Source: a virus | DNA: 64,000 nt | Reading direction: 5' to 3' (one strand) | IMG/VR virus record: IMGVR_UViG_3300007760_001418 | Coordinates: 23,821-87,820 of that record | Shown: piece by piece, positions 48,147 through 59,100 of the stretch | How positions within the stretch are numbered: position 1 is the stretch's first letter | Layout: the number at the start of each line of letters is the position of its first letter | Notes under the pieces: model-generated | Databases searched by the model: none | What the model saw: the letters and a program-made list of their open reading frames with translations, nothing else | What the model was told of the DNA's origin: nothing | Made by a program: the position numbers and the translations under genes

Positions 48147-48890
48147 GTGAAGGTGGCCGTAAAGAGAACAAGAAAAAGAAAGATACGTAGAGGCACGGGA
48201 AATCCGGCCAACATGTATTTCACAATGGACACTCAAAAGGCCATATGTGACTATCAAGACTCAACTGATCAAAAAGAAAAAGACAAACTGTATGTTGAAG
48301 AAATTCTTCCGGCATTTGACAAGCTTTGCCAGAATATCATATTCATATATGGGTTTGCAAAACCACATCAGCCCTATGAGCACCTAAAGAGTGACTGTGT
48401 TTCTTTTCTTTTCGAAACAATTCATAAGTGGAATAGAGAAAAAGGCACAAAAGCCTTTTCTTATTTTAATGTTGTTGCAAAGAACTGGTTGATTATAAAT
48501 TCCAGACGAACTCAAAAATCCACCCGCCGTCATGTTAGCATTGATGATCCAGAGTCAATGTCAGTTAGAGATAGAAGTATTCTAGCCCAGAGCCATGTAC
48601 TTCTCCCTCCTGATGAGATCATGATTAAAGAAACGTTCCGTGATGATATAATGAAAGTATTATTTGAGATTCAGACCAGGGTCACCGGCGAGAATGAGAA
48701 GAAGTGCATAGCTGCAGTGGTAAAGGTATTCGAAACAGTCGATCAACTTGATTTTCTAAATAAGCGAGCCATCTTTGTATATGTTAGGGATATATCCGGT
48801 TTATCGCCGAAACAACTATCAGTAGCAATGTCTATTATCCGTAAGCACTATCGGGCCCTGGTCAAGACGGAAGAGTTCGATATATTTTAG
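48147..48890 (+). CDS. Phage late sigma factor-like protein (T4 gp55-like)
   Basis: NMYFT, then a sigma region-2-like segment HLKSDCVSFLFETIHKWNREKGTKAFSYFNVVAKNWL. Confidence 0.6.
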   Translation: MKVAVKRTRKRKIRRGTGNPANMYFTMDTQKAICDYQDSTDQKEKDKLYVEEILPAFDKLCQNIIFIYGFAKPHQPYEHLKSDCVSFLFETIHKWNREKGTKAFSYFNVVAKNWLIINSRRTQKSTRRHVSIDDPESMSVRDRSILAQSHVLLPPDEIMIKETFRDDIMKVLFEIQTRVTGENEKKCIAAVVKVFETVDQLDFLNKRAIFVYVRDISGLSPKQLSVAMSIIRKHYRALVKTEEFDIF

Positions 48891-48899
48891 GAGCATATT

Positions 48900-49274
48900 A
48901 TGAGTGAAACAGTCAATAAACAAATTGACCGTCTTAAAAAGATGGAAAAGAAGGTAGAGCAATTTGGGGACCTTCTAGATTCAATCGAGTCCACAGAGGA
49001 TAAAAAGAAGATGCTGTGGAAAGAGATTTATGAAAACGCTGTTACTGACCGGGAAAATGCCGGCTTGCTCTTTACAGATGCATATAATAATATGGCAGGC
49101 GGATCAACTGAGCATGCAACGCTTGGCCCTATTTTGGCAAAGTATCTGGAAAGAATGAATAAGTCCAATGAGCAGATATTACGACTAGCCGAACTAGTAG
49201 CTAAGGCAGAAGAACGCGCAGCGCAACTAGACCCTGATGATATATTTGCACAAATAGGTTCAGGCAAGGAGTAA
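48900..49274 (+). CDS. Helical hypothetical phage protein
   Basis: Helical / coiled-coil ORF with a GGAG RBS between the sigma-like gene and the baseplate genes. Confidence 0.65.
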   Translation: MSETVNKQIDRLKKMEKKVEQFGDLLDSIESTEDKKKMLWKEIYENAVTDRENAGLLFTDAYNNMAGGSTEHATLGPILAKYLERMNKSNEQILRLAELVAKAEERAAQLDPDDIFAQIGSGKE

Positions 49275-49276
49275 CT

Positions 49277-50962
49277 ATGGCCGGCGGTGGAAGGGATGTA
49301 ATTGATAGCTTTGGGTCCGGGCCATCCAGATCTGAAGTAATTGAGTCCGCTGCGGGTGAAGCACCCTCTAGTGCCTTTAAGCGTGCCGTTGTTGCTGAGA
49401 TATTTTACGACCTTGCAGTAATGGATGAGGAGACAATCGGGGAGTGGGATCCCAAGGTTGAAAACCCTGAGCAACTAAAGAAGATGCCCAGGAATAGTAT
49501 TGTTGCTCGTGTCATTAGTAATAATGCCGATAAAAAAGACAAGCCCAAGGTTTGCTATCCATTCTTTCCACCCTATTTGTGTTTTCCAGTAAAGTGCGGA
49601 GAGCAAGTCTGGGTCATGAGTGAATCAGATGACCCTGCATCTCCAATATTTTGGATCTGTAGAATTCCGGAAGCTGATTTTATTGATGACCTAAACTATA
49701 CCCATGGTGATAGAAGATTTGATGCAGCCCCTGTTGCTCCGGATGCTAGGGCGACCCTTGAAAGTACATTACAGCCTGATGTTGATTTAGCTGAAAGTGA
49801 TGCTCTTCCTGGATTCCCAAACGGTGGTGGTACGGATGACTCCTATACACTACATGCCAAAGAAGAAGGAGCCGAGGCTGCTGACGCTTATGAGGAGCTT
49901 TTAGAGGGTAGCATTGCTAATGATGCTGTAACATTTGAGCCTGTCCCACGGTTCACCAAACGCCCGGGGGATCTCGTATTCCAAGGGTCCAATAATACAC
50001 TCATTTGTCTTGGGGAGGATAGAGGGTATAATGCAGAGCTGGTTGCAGATTCAGCAGCAGCTGAGTGGAGCAATGCATCATCAACAGCGGATGGCCCAGC
50101 TGACCCTAATGAACGTGCATTTGCTGGGACAATTGATATTGTTACAGGTCGAGGACGTGCTCCTGCTGCTGCTCCTGGTGATGATCCAGAGTTAACTGGA
50201 TGCCGAACGATCCTTAATGCTCGTGACTATGAAGAGGTTGATAAAAACCCTGTTGCTGCAGAGACTGCAGCTGGGGCAGAGAATAGACTAGATCGTCCAG
50301 GTGAGGGCGACCCAGATTTCATGAAAGACTCTTCTCGGATATACATTTCTATGAAAACAGATGGTGATGCAAACTTTGGTATCAGCAATGAGACCGGGGC
50401 GATGGTTGCCCCATTTGGTGCACATACAATTGATGATATGGCAGAGGTACCATATATCATAGCCAAGTCGGACGAGATACGTATCATCGCTAGAAAGAAT
50501 GAAGCAGATGACCCAACCGGATACCCTGAGGTTAATGGGAGCATCCGCATTATAAAAGAGGGTGCAGTCGATGATGACATGGCCGCAGTACTCTTATTGC
50601 CTGATGGAACAATTCAGGTAAGTGGAAACCTAATATACTTGGGCCGTCATGCAGATGATGGTGGTGAGGCTGCTGTGGATGGTGCTTCAGGAACAGAGTC
50701 AGCTCCAGGAGAAGGAGATTCTCAGCCCTGGGTAAAGTACCAACAACTAGATGATCTTCTCACTGCGATAATGGAAGACATAAAGACATTCGCGAAAGAT
50801 CTACAGGCAAACTTCAATGCCAATACAACTCCTGGTTATGGTGCACCTAACCCGTCCTTGATAACAGCAGCTTCCGCAGAATGCCAGAGCCTTCAAGATA
50901 ATATGGACTCAAGGATTGCGGAGATAAATACAATCAAGTCGGCAAGGATTTTCGGGGAGTAG
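49277..50962 (+). CDS. Baseplate hub/spike protein (gp5/gpV-like)
   Basis: OB-fold-like YPFFP..FPVKCGEQVWV, PGDLVFQGSNNTLICLG and beta-helix-like IAKSDEIRIIAR; baseplate context. Confidence 0.6.
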   Translation: MAGGGRDVIDSFGSGPSRSEVIESAAGEAPSSAFKRAVVAEIFYDLAVMDEETIGEWDPKVENPEQLKKMPRNSIVARVISNNADKKDKPKVCYPFFPPYLCFPVKCGEQVWVMSESDDPASPIFWICRIPEADFIDDLNYTHGDRRFDAAPVAPDARATLESTLQPDVDLAESDALPGFPNGGGTDDSYTLHAKEEGAEAADAYEELLEGSIANDAVTFEPVPRFTKRPGDLVFQGSNNTLICLGEDRGYNAELVADSAAAEWSNASSTADGPADPNERAFAGTIDIVTGRGRAPAAAPGDDPELTGCRTILNARDYEEVDKNPVAAETAAGAENRLDRPGEGDPDFMKDSSRIYISMKTDGDANFGISNETGAMVAPFGAHTIDDMAEVPYIIAKSDEIRIIARKNEADDPTGYPEVNGSIRIIKEGAVDDDMAAVLLLPDGTIQVSGNLIYLGRHADDGGEAAVDGASGTESAPGEGDSQPWVKYQQLDDLLTAIMEDIKTFAKDLQANFNANTTPGYGAPNPSLITAASAECQSLQDNMDSRIAEINTIKSARIFGE

Positions 50963-50964
50963 TT

Positions 50965-51474
50965 ATGGCAGGGTATGCTGAGTATGGAAATAGTGACAAT
51001 TATGCTGAGGGTCTTGATGATTCTTTAGAGGATTTTTATGCAGATGTTGCTAAGGCATATCAGGATTGTAAAAAATCAGGGGCAGCAGGTGAAGGTGATG
51101 ATTCTTATGATCCTTATGAGACGATTAAAACGCTATCACAAGATCTTGCAAATGCTATTCATAAATTTATGCTATCAGCTAAAATAGATACAGACGTAAC
51201 ATACCCAGGCCCAACGTTTGAGGCAATCCCACCAGCAGATCAGGTAATGGATGCAACAATCGAGGCCGGCCCAGATGGGGTATTAAATACAGACATGTCA
51301 GGGTTCGACCCGGCTGATCCAACAACACTTCCGGATGTAGAGGGTGATGATGAACCGGCCAAGACGTATGGGACAACTAAGACCATGAATGCTATTGGCG
51401 GCCAGCTAGCTGCTGGTACCGATCCTGGCCCAATTGATGAACAGACTGGCACTGGTAAGGGACATCTAGAATGA
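50965..51474 (+). CDS. Acidic baseplate-associated hypothetical protein
   Basis: LANAIHKFMLSA motif shared with the next gene; ends in GTGKGHLE. Confidence 0.55.
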   Translation: MAGYAEYGNSDNYAEGLDDSLEDFYADVAKAYQDCKKSGAAGEGDDSYDPYETIKTLSQDLANAIHKFMLSAKIDTDVTYPGPTFEAIPPADQVMDATIEAGPDGVLNTDMSGFDPADPTTLPDVEGDDEPAKTYGTTKTMNAIGGQLAAGTDPGPIDEQTGTGKGHLE

Positions 51475-52112
51475 CATTAGCAGCATCAAAAGACCCAATT
51501 CTGATGGCTGGAATAGAGGCAGCAAAAATTAAGGCTATGGAGACCAGCGCTCCTGAGCCGGCCGGCCCAGAGGCAGCCGATCAGGAAGCCATGGCAGCTG
51601 ATATTCTCGACGTAATGGCCACTGATATAATGAATGCAATCCACAATTATACAATTACTGCACTCGTTGTGGTAAAGGCAGATATTGATACATCATCGTC
51701 TATTATCGGTGATATAATACCATTACTAAGCGGTGGCGACCTAACCGAAGATGGAGAATCAGACTCATATGACTCTACAGGGGGTGGTGCCTTAGGACTA
51801 ACAGGCTTAGAGGATGCAAAAGATGCATTATATGAAGGAATACTCGATGCATATACGTCTGTAATGGAGGCAGGTGTTGCAGATCTAGAGCCATCAGAGT
51901 CAACGGTTGATGATGAGCATATCCATGATATTCTTGCGACAAAGTTATGTGATGCTGTGCATGCATATGTAACATCTGCAATTGTAAAAACCACAGATGA
52001 GATGAAAGGCGGCCGCACACTAGCCGGGGGAACAGAGAATGTTTTTGGCACACCCATTATGGGAGTAACATTGCCCACACGGGATGGAATAGGCGAAGGC
52101 GAAGTTAGTTAA
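51471..52112 (+). CDS. Acidic baseplate-associated hypothetical protein with an internal duplication
   Basis: IMNAIHNYTITA and LCDAVHAYVTSA repeats; ends in GIGEGEVS. Confidence 0.55.
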   Translation: MTLAASKDPILMAGIEAAKIKAMETSAPEPAGPEAADQEAMAADILDVMATDIMNAIHNYTITALVVVKADIDTSSSIIGDIIPLLSGGDLTEDGESDSYDSTGGGALGLTGLEDAKDALYEGILDAYTSVMEAGVADLEPSESTVDDEHIHDILATKLCDAVHAYVTSAIVKTTDEMKGGRTLAGGTENVFGTPIMGVTLPTRDGIGEGEVS

Positions 52113-52133
52113 TTGATATGCTACAAAACCTCT

Positions 52134-52173
52134 CTCCTCAATACTTAACACTGTAGGATTGGATCCATAGGAG
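52134..52173 (+). promoter_or_regulatory. Putative late promoter ATACTTA preceded by anti-SD CTCCT
   Basis: CTCCTCAATACTTA is identical to 17281-17294. CTCCT can pair with the AGGAG RBS at 52169-52173. Confidence 0.5.
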
Positions 52174-52180
52174 GACAATT

Positions 52181-52675
52181 GTGGCTGTAGACTCTGGAAA
52201 CCGTAAACAATACGACTTCAAAAGTGTCGGCGATTCATTCGAAGATTGGGAGCTAGACAACCCCATTGTTGTTAATGAGATTCCAATTGGTTTCAAAACC
52301 CCTATGGAAATGGGCCAAAATCATGAGGGACCATTCAAGATGCATATGGTTCTGGCAGATCAGGTCCGAGACAATTTCAGAAATATGTTAATGACAAATT
52401 ACGGTGAGCGCTTAGGCATGTATTATTTCGGTGCAAACCTATCGAATCTGGCTCATGAGCTAGGAAGCGAAAAACAGGATATGGAAGCAGTCCGTAGAAT
52501 AAAGAGGTCAGCATCAAAATACATGCCATACATTGAGCTTAAAACTTTTGAAGCATTTGTAGAAAGATTTGATAATCAACACGTTGCAAAAGTCGGGATC
52601 AGGGTTATGTATGATATACCCAAGCTCAAAGTTAAAAATAAGGCAGTAGACGTAATACTATTTACGGCAGGATAA
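52181..52675 (+). CDS. Baseplate wedge protein, gp25-like
   Basis: QVRDNFRNMLMTNYGER..FGANL..KYMPYIEL. Confidence 0.85.
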   Translation: MAVDSGNRKQYDFKSVGDSFEDWELDNPIVVNEIPIGFKTPMEMGQNHEGPFKMHMVLADQVRDNFRNMLMTNYGERLGMYYFGANLSNLAHELGSEKQDMEAVRRIKRSASKYMPYIELKTFEAFVERFDNQHVAKVGIRVMYDIPKLKVKNKAVDVILFTAG

Positions 52676-52677
52676 TC

Positions 52678-54525
52678 ATGGCAATAGATGTTAAGAAAAA
52701 ACTACGCAAAGAAAGGGTAAGATCATATCTTGCCCGAGATTTCGATGGATTCAGGTCCGACCTATTAAGATATGCAAAAACGTATTTTCCTGACAAGATT
52801 TCAGATTTCTCTGAAGCATCTGTTGGAGGTTTATTTTTAGACATGGCTGCAATGGTTGGTGATACAATGTCATTCTATCTTGACCACCAATTTAATGAGC
52901 TGCGATGGGATACTGCCGTTGAGCAAAAGAATGTCCGCCGACATATTGAGAATGCAGGGATCCAGATTACTGGTGCCTCGCCAGCCGCCGCTGATGTAGA
53001 CTTTTATATAGAAGTACCAGCAGAGCTAATAGGGGAAGCATATGTCCCTAAGACTTCATCACTACCTACAATACTTGAGGGTACTACTGTAACTGGTGGC
53101 GGGATAACATTCAACCTGACAGAAGATGTAGATTTTTCTGAAAAAGATTTAAGCGGCGAGTTACGAGCAAATGTAACAACAGGTACAACAGACCCAACAA
53201 CAGGTGTACCAATTACCTATATTGTGGTAAAGACGGGGGAATGTGTATCTGGTGATGAGATACAAGAATCTTGGGATATTCCCAGTGTACATGTTCCATT
53301 TCGAAAAATTACATTAGGAAATCCTGGTGTTACTGAGATATTATCTGTTAAGGATCGTGAAGGAAATGTCTACTATGAAATGGAGTCATTAGCCCAAGAT
53401 ACAGCATATAAGTGGGTTACAAACCTTGATGAAGATCAGGAAGTAGTTGAAGAGAACCTTGAAGTTGTTCCTGCCCCTTATCGATTTATTAAGCGGGTCG
53501 ATACGAGAACGAAATTAACAACGATTCAGTTTGGTGGGGGAGATGCCGAAGGCACGGATGATGATATTATTCCAGATCCAAGTGAACTATCACTTCCTCT
53601 TTACGGAAAAAAATCTCTAGCAAGATTTTCTTTAGATCCAAATTCTCTTTTGGAAACCCACACGTTGGGTGTTGCACCCCGTGGTACCAGGCTATATGTT
53701 CGGTATCGATATGGAGGTGGCCTTAAGCATAATGTCGGTGCCAACACAATTGATACAATAGCAATGTTAAAAATAGAGTGGCAAAATGGGACTCCCACGC
53801 ATGAAGAAGCAGCACTAGTTAGATCAACATTATCAATAATAAACCCAAGTTCCGCCTCAGGGGGTGAGGTCGCTCCATCAATTGAAGATTTAAGAAAACA
53901 AATCCCTGCTGCTAGACAAATGCAATCCAGGATTGTTACAAAACAAGATCTACTATCTAGAATATACACACTTCCCTCGAAGTTTGGTAGGGTATATAGG
54001 GCCGGTATTCGATCAAACCCTAATAATCATTTAGCAACTCAGTTATTCTTAATAAGTCGAGACAAAGATAAAAAGCTCGACTTTGCACCTGATGCACTCA
54101 AGAAGAATCTCAGGATATATTTGAATGAATACAGGTTGATATCTGATGCAATAGATGTTTTAGATGCACAAGTAATCAATTACACGGTGACATTTGAGAT
54201 TGTCACCAACCCCAAAGCAAATAAAACTGTCGTAGTGCAGAACGTAATTTCTCGCTTAAAGAACCTATTAAAGACAGACAATTTTCAAATTGATCAACCC
54301 CTGCTTTTGGTTGACATGATTAACTCTATTATCAATACTGGTGATGTTATCTCGCTAGTTGACTTAAAAGTAAGCGACGCTCGTGGTACCGTGGAAGATA
54401 GAGTTTATAGCGATATTAGCTTTAACGTCGACGCAAATACGTTTAAGGGAATGATAGTGGGCCCACCGGGATCCATTTTTGAACTAAAATACCCGAATAA
54501 TGATATTATCGGAAGCGCATCTTAG
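52678..54525 (+). CDS. Baseplate wedge protein, T4 gp6-like
   Basis: YLARDFDGFRSDL, DMAAMVGDTMSFYLD, IQFGGG, VRYRYGGG..HNV, SGGE and QSRIVTKQD. Confidence 0.85.
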   Translation: MAIDVKKKLRKERVRSYLARDFDGFRSDLLRYAKTYFPDKISDFSEASVGGLFLDMAAMVGDTMSFYLDHQFNELRWDTAVEQKNVRRHIENAGIQITGASPAAADVDFYIEVPAELIGEAYVPKTSSLPTILEGTTVTGGGITFNLTEDVDFSEKDLSGELRANVTTGTTDPTTGVPITYIVVKTGECVSGDEIQESWDIPSVHVPFRKITLGNPGVTEILSVKDREGNVYYEMESLAQDTAYKWVTNLDEDQEVVEENLEVVPAPYRFIKRVDTRTKLTTIQFGGGDAEGTDDDIIPDPSELSLPLYGKKSLARFSLDPNSLLETHTLGVAPRGTRLYVRYRYGGGLKHNVGANTIDTIAMLKIEWQNGTPTHEEAALVRSTLSIINPSSASGGEVAPSIEDLRKQIPAARQMQSRIVTKQDLLSRIYTLPSKFGRVYRAGIRSNPNNHLATQLFLISRDKDKKLDFAPDALKKNLRIYLNEYRLISDAIDVLDAQVINYTVTFEIVTNPKANKTVVVQNVISRLKNLLKTDNFQIDQPLLLVDMINSIINTGDVISLVDLKVSDARGTVEDRVYSDISFNVDANTFKGMIVGPPGSIFELKYPNNDIIGSAS

Positions 54526-54534
54526 GAGAATAGA

Positions 54535-56118
54535 ATGTATCTTATTTTGACAGCTAGCAAAGATGCTTATATCACAGACAAAATAATCGATAATAAGTAC
54601 CGAACAAAGGATGCAAATACAGGATATGCAGCCACATTGGATGTGTTCAAGTTATGGAATGAATCCTCAGATATTGAGGACGGTTCAGCAGTACAAATTA
54701 ATGGCGAGACCGGACCAATAGAGTTATCCAGGGCATTAATAAAGTTTGATTATGATACGATACAGGATTTCATTGATGATGCAAAATTAGATATAGATGC
54801 TGTGAATAACCCAACATTCGAATGTAAGCTTCAAATGGTAGATATTTCAGTCGGCCAGGGTGCCCCGATGAATTTCAATCTCATCTTATTTCCACTAGCA
54901 CAAGCATTTGACGAGGGATTTGGGAAAGATGTGGGATCATTTGGTGACGTTACAGTAACTAACTGGGTCACAGCTTCATACGCGGGTGGGACAACATATT
55001 CCTGGTTTTCTGAGGGTGCTAGAGCAATGGGTGCCTTAGGCGATTCGAACATAGACATAATAGAGTTCGGTGAACTTAATGATGGCGCCGGTCCTACTGC
55101 AGCAACTTATTCTACACAATTATTCTCCGTCGGTACCGAGAACCTTGAGATGGATATTACTCGAATTGTATCCGCGTCACTATCCGGGCAGCTTGATAAT
55201 CATGGGTTTCTACTCGCATATTCAGGTTCAGAAGAGACGGATGGCAAGACAAGGTTTGTTAAGCGCTTTGGTTCACGTCACGTAGGAGACCCGTATATAC
55301 GTCCCCAGATTGTAGTTTCATGGGATGATAGCATTATTGATAACCACAAGAACTTCTTTTTTGACTTGACAGGTTCATTATTTTTGCAAAACTATCATTA
55401 CGGTGCACCTGCAGATTTAGTTTGGGGCCCATCATTGACAGGTGTAACAGGTCCATCATGCATGGAACTATCAATAGTGTCCGACCAATTTAAGAAAACG
55501 ATAGATGTTTCTCAATATAAAATAGGAGACAACTGGGTAACAGGACTATACACTGGCTCCTTTGCAATATCATCAATGGCAACTGATGACGTTAATGATG
55601 AAGATACTATCGCTGATTTTGTGCTTGCTAGTGGCTCAATAACATTTGAGGAGCACTGGGGTACCACAGCAGGGGGTACATTCGGGTTTCATACGGGAAG
55701 TTTAGAGATTAAAAGCATCTCTCGTAGTGTTTTCAATGCAACCCAACGAAGAATAGACCTAGTATCAACGAACATTAAGAAAGCATACAGGGTTGTTGAT
55801 CGGCCAAAGTTTAGGGTATTTGCCCATGATTTAGATGAAGAAAGAACATCCGTTAAAATACCAGTTAAGTTAGACAGTAAAGTATTAGATTCAGTATATT
55901 ATAGAGTAAAAGATGCTATAACTGGAAAGATTGTAGTACCATTTAAGACAGACAATAACGGAACGAGACTATCTGCAGACTCTGATGGAATGTTCTTTGA
56001 ACTATATATGAATAACTTGCCACCAGGGCGGACATACACGATTGATTATCTGGTTACCGACTTAGGAACAGAGTTTATAGTAGAAGATAATGGCATTCAA
56101 TTCAGGGTCGATAGGTAA
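54535..56118 (+). CDS. Virion structural / baseplate-associated protein
   Basis: ASKDAYI, SRALIKFD, NHGFLL..RPQIVVSWDD and TRLSADSDGMFF; baseplate operon context. Confidence 0.65.
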   Translation: MYLILTASKDAYITDKIIDNKYRTKDANTGYAATLDVFKLWNESSDIEDGSAVQINGETGPIELSRALIKFDYDTIQDFIDDAKLDIDAVNNPTFECKLQMVDISVGQGAPMNFNLILFPLAQAFDEGFGKDVGSFGDVTVTNWVTASYAGGTTYSWFSEGARAMGALGDSNIDIIEFGELNDGAGPTAATYSTQLFSVGTENLEMDITRIVSASLSGQLDNHGFLLAYSGSEETDGKTRFVKRFGSRHVGDPYIRPQIVVSWDDSIIDNHKNFFFDLTGSLFLQNYHYGAPADLVWGPSLTGVTGPSCMELSIVSDQFKKTIDVSQYKIGDNWVTGLYTGSFAISSMATDDVNDEDTIADFVLASGSITFEEHWGTTAGGTFGFHTGSLEIKSISRSVFNATQRRIDLVSTNIKKAYRVVDRPKFRVFAHDLDEERTSVKIPVKLDSKVLDSVYYRVKDAITGKIVVPFKTDNNGTRLSADSDGMFFELYMNNLPPGRTYTIDYLVTDLGTEFIVEDNGIQFRVDR

Positions 56119-59100
56119 TGGCGAACAATAACGCAAATGCAAAATCCAGGCTATTTAAGCCATCAGTTGTAAGAAAACTGCTGGGTGATTCTGCTGTTAT
56201 AAGAAACCGCACAGCCGCTGAGTTGTCTGGGTCAAATATCTTAGGCGAAAATTCATTTAGGTATGCTAGCCCAGGTGAGGCTCTTAAGTCAACACAACAA
56301 CTACCTGTAGACTGGTCAAATTTTGCCAGCCATACATTTTTTAACTCTGCAGAAGCTAAAACAAACACCGCATTTGATGCCATCATCAATGGATATCCAT
56401 TTGATGGTACCAAGGAAGAGGTAGAGGTATTTTTTGATAATCTAACGGGTTTTGAAAAGTATGTCTATGATGAATTTCCAAAGTACATGGGATTTTTGCA
56501 TTTTTCTGGTAGTGCTATAGGTGAGGATGCATCAAATGGATATCCTCCTCATGACGGTACCAGCATTGATGTCGCAGACCACGAGGGCGCCCTGTTTCCA
56601 ACCCTTTCTAAAAAAGCGTCAGGCAAGTCAATTTTAGATCCGGGCACTAGCTCAATTTCATTTGAGATGCAGCTGCTGATTCCATCTCAATCTATTGATT
56701 GCGGTCCACAAATTTTGCTACAAAAGCTAAGTGAAGATGGCGATGGGATAACAGTTTCTGTCAATCCTGGTGCTAGCAGTGCAAAAACGTATGATCTCAG
56801 TGTATTGATATCCTCAGCATCCGCTGCAGTTAATACAACCACAGCCATTCCAAAAGATAAGTTTAACCATGTATGTGCGATGTTTGATAGAACATTTAGC
56901 AGCCACAAAGCAAAGCTATTTGTTGATGGGGTTCAAGCAGCATCGTCAGATACATTCAATATGAAGTCGATTGTATTCAAGCCTGCACATTTACTAATAG
57001 GCACCGGATCAAGGCATGAAACGATAGATATGATAATAGATCCTGTGCAAACATTATCAGGCACAATTGATGAGTTTAGAGTATGGCATGGGCCCGTTAA
57101 CGAAACCCAATTAAAGAAAAATAAGGATAGGGCTTTATTTACACCAGAAGAAAATAATCTAAAGCTCTATTTTAAGTTTAATGAGCCAGACGGAGATTAT
57201 GAATCAAATGATGTAGTACTAGATTCATCAGGAAATTCTCTTCATGCAAAAGTTTCAAACTTTGATCCTATTTTAAGAGATGTACCTAGAATACTGGTTC
57301 GCCCTGGAGATGACATACCTCTCCCCGTAACACTTGAATATGAGAATACATCACCAGTTTTATTTCCATCTCATCAAGGAGTAATTGACTTAAACTCCTC
57401 ACTCCTTGCCGAGGCATTAAGTTACGACGTCAATAATCCCAATATGATAACCAAGCTGGTTCCAAAGCACTATTTACTCGAGGCTCAATTTCATGAGGGG
57501 TTTGAGGTTGAGGATGGTAACATAAGGGACCCATATGACTATTACGGTTCTGATGCTGTTCCTGGAGCCGGACTTATGGGCCAACCCCAAATAATGGCTG
57601 GCCTATTATTTACATGGGCTAGATATTTTGATGAGATGAAAATGTTCATTGATCAAGCATCTAACTTGCTACATGTAGACTATGACTCAAGTGATGTGGT
57701 TGCAGATCAATTCTTGCCATTCCTTGCAAATCATCATGGGTTCGAATTGCCAAACCCATTTAGCAATGCTAGCATTGAGCAACTCTTAGAAGGCACAAAC
57801 CTAAATGCAGATATGGCAATAAGTGATGGGACACTTCAACAAGTACAAAATGGTATTTGGAGATTAATTCTTACAAACCTGGGTGAGATTGTTAGGTCAA
57901 AAGGTACACTGCATGGTGTCAAGGCCTTGATTCGTTCTATGGGTATCAACCCGGATGCATACTTTAGATTTCGTGAGTATGGAGGGTCTAGAACAAGAGA
58001 CCTTACAGATAACCACCGTGTAAAAACCGAAGTATCAACCATGCTAGACTTTTCGTCAAGACTAGATGGATACAGTCCATTTATCATATCTCCATTTTTA
58101 TCAGGTTCTCGTATTGAGGTTGGATATCCTGAACCAGCCGGCACATTTGTAGCTACTCCGACCCCGCCAAATGCAGGGCCGTACGGATATCATGGTGTAT
58201 CTGACGAGCCCAGCGACGGCCTATTCACATCTGGGTCATGGACCTACGAAGGCCTATATAAGTTTGAAAATGTTTCTTATGATAAGATTGGGGACGATAT
58301 TGATCTATCAAATAGGATGTTTGTACAAAGTCTAGCCAGGCTCCAGGCGACTGGCTCAGAACCTTCTGAACCAGCATTTTATGATGGTACCGCTGTCATA
58401 GCAAACCTCGTTGCAGACTATGGTCCTATCGGGGGGAAAGAGTCAACCCTTACGTTATTCACTCGACCCGGGTATGATGAGGATGATGAGTATCTAAAAG
58501 TACAGCTAAAAGATGTTCCCATCTATGATGGAAATGTTTGGCATGTATCTTTTGGCAGGGTAAGGAATGACGAATTTGATTCTGTAGTATCTTCATCCTA
58601 CTTTCTATCAGCCGGCCGACAGTTTAGGGGTGACATTATAGAGTGGTATTCTACATCATCGCTATTTGAAGAAACAATGGATCCATCACATGATATGGTA
58701 TGGTCACAGGTTGATGTTCAGGCTGGCTCTGGGCTAACAGGACTAAATACATCAGGTTCATTTATAGCTGTTGGTAAACAAGCATTATCTGGCCTAGCTT
58801 CTGACCTTGCATTAAACTCAGAATTAAAAGTTCCAGAGTCTCATGCCAGAACAACGGACTTCTCTGGCCGCATTGCACAAATTAGGTTCTGGTCTAAAGC
58901 ATTAGAGGAAGATGAACGAAAAGAACACTTACGAAACTTCGGCTCTATGGGTGTCAAGGACCCTCTTACAAATTTTAACTTTGTAACAACTGCAACAGGT
59001 TCATTTGAGAGAATCAGATTAGATGTATCTACAGATCAGGTAGAAACAAGCACAGATGATGTTGGAAATATCACAATGTTTGATTTTTCCCAAGCTGAGA

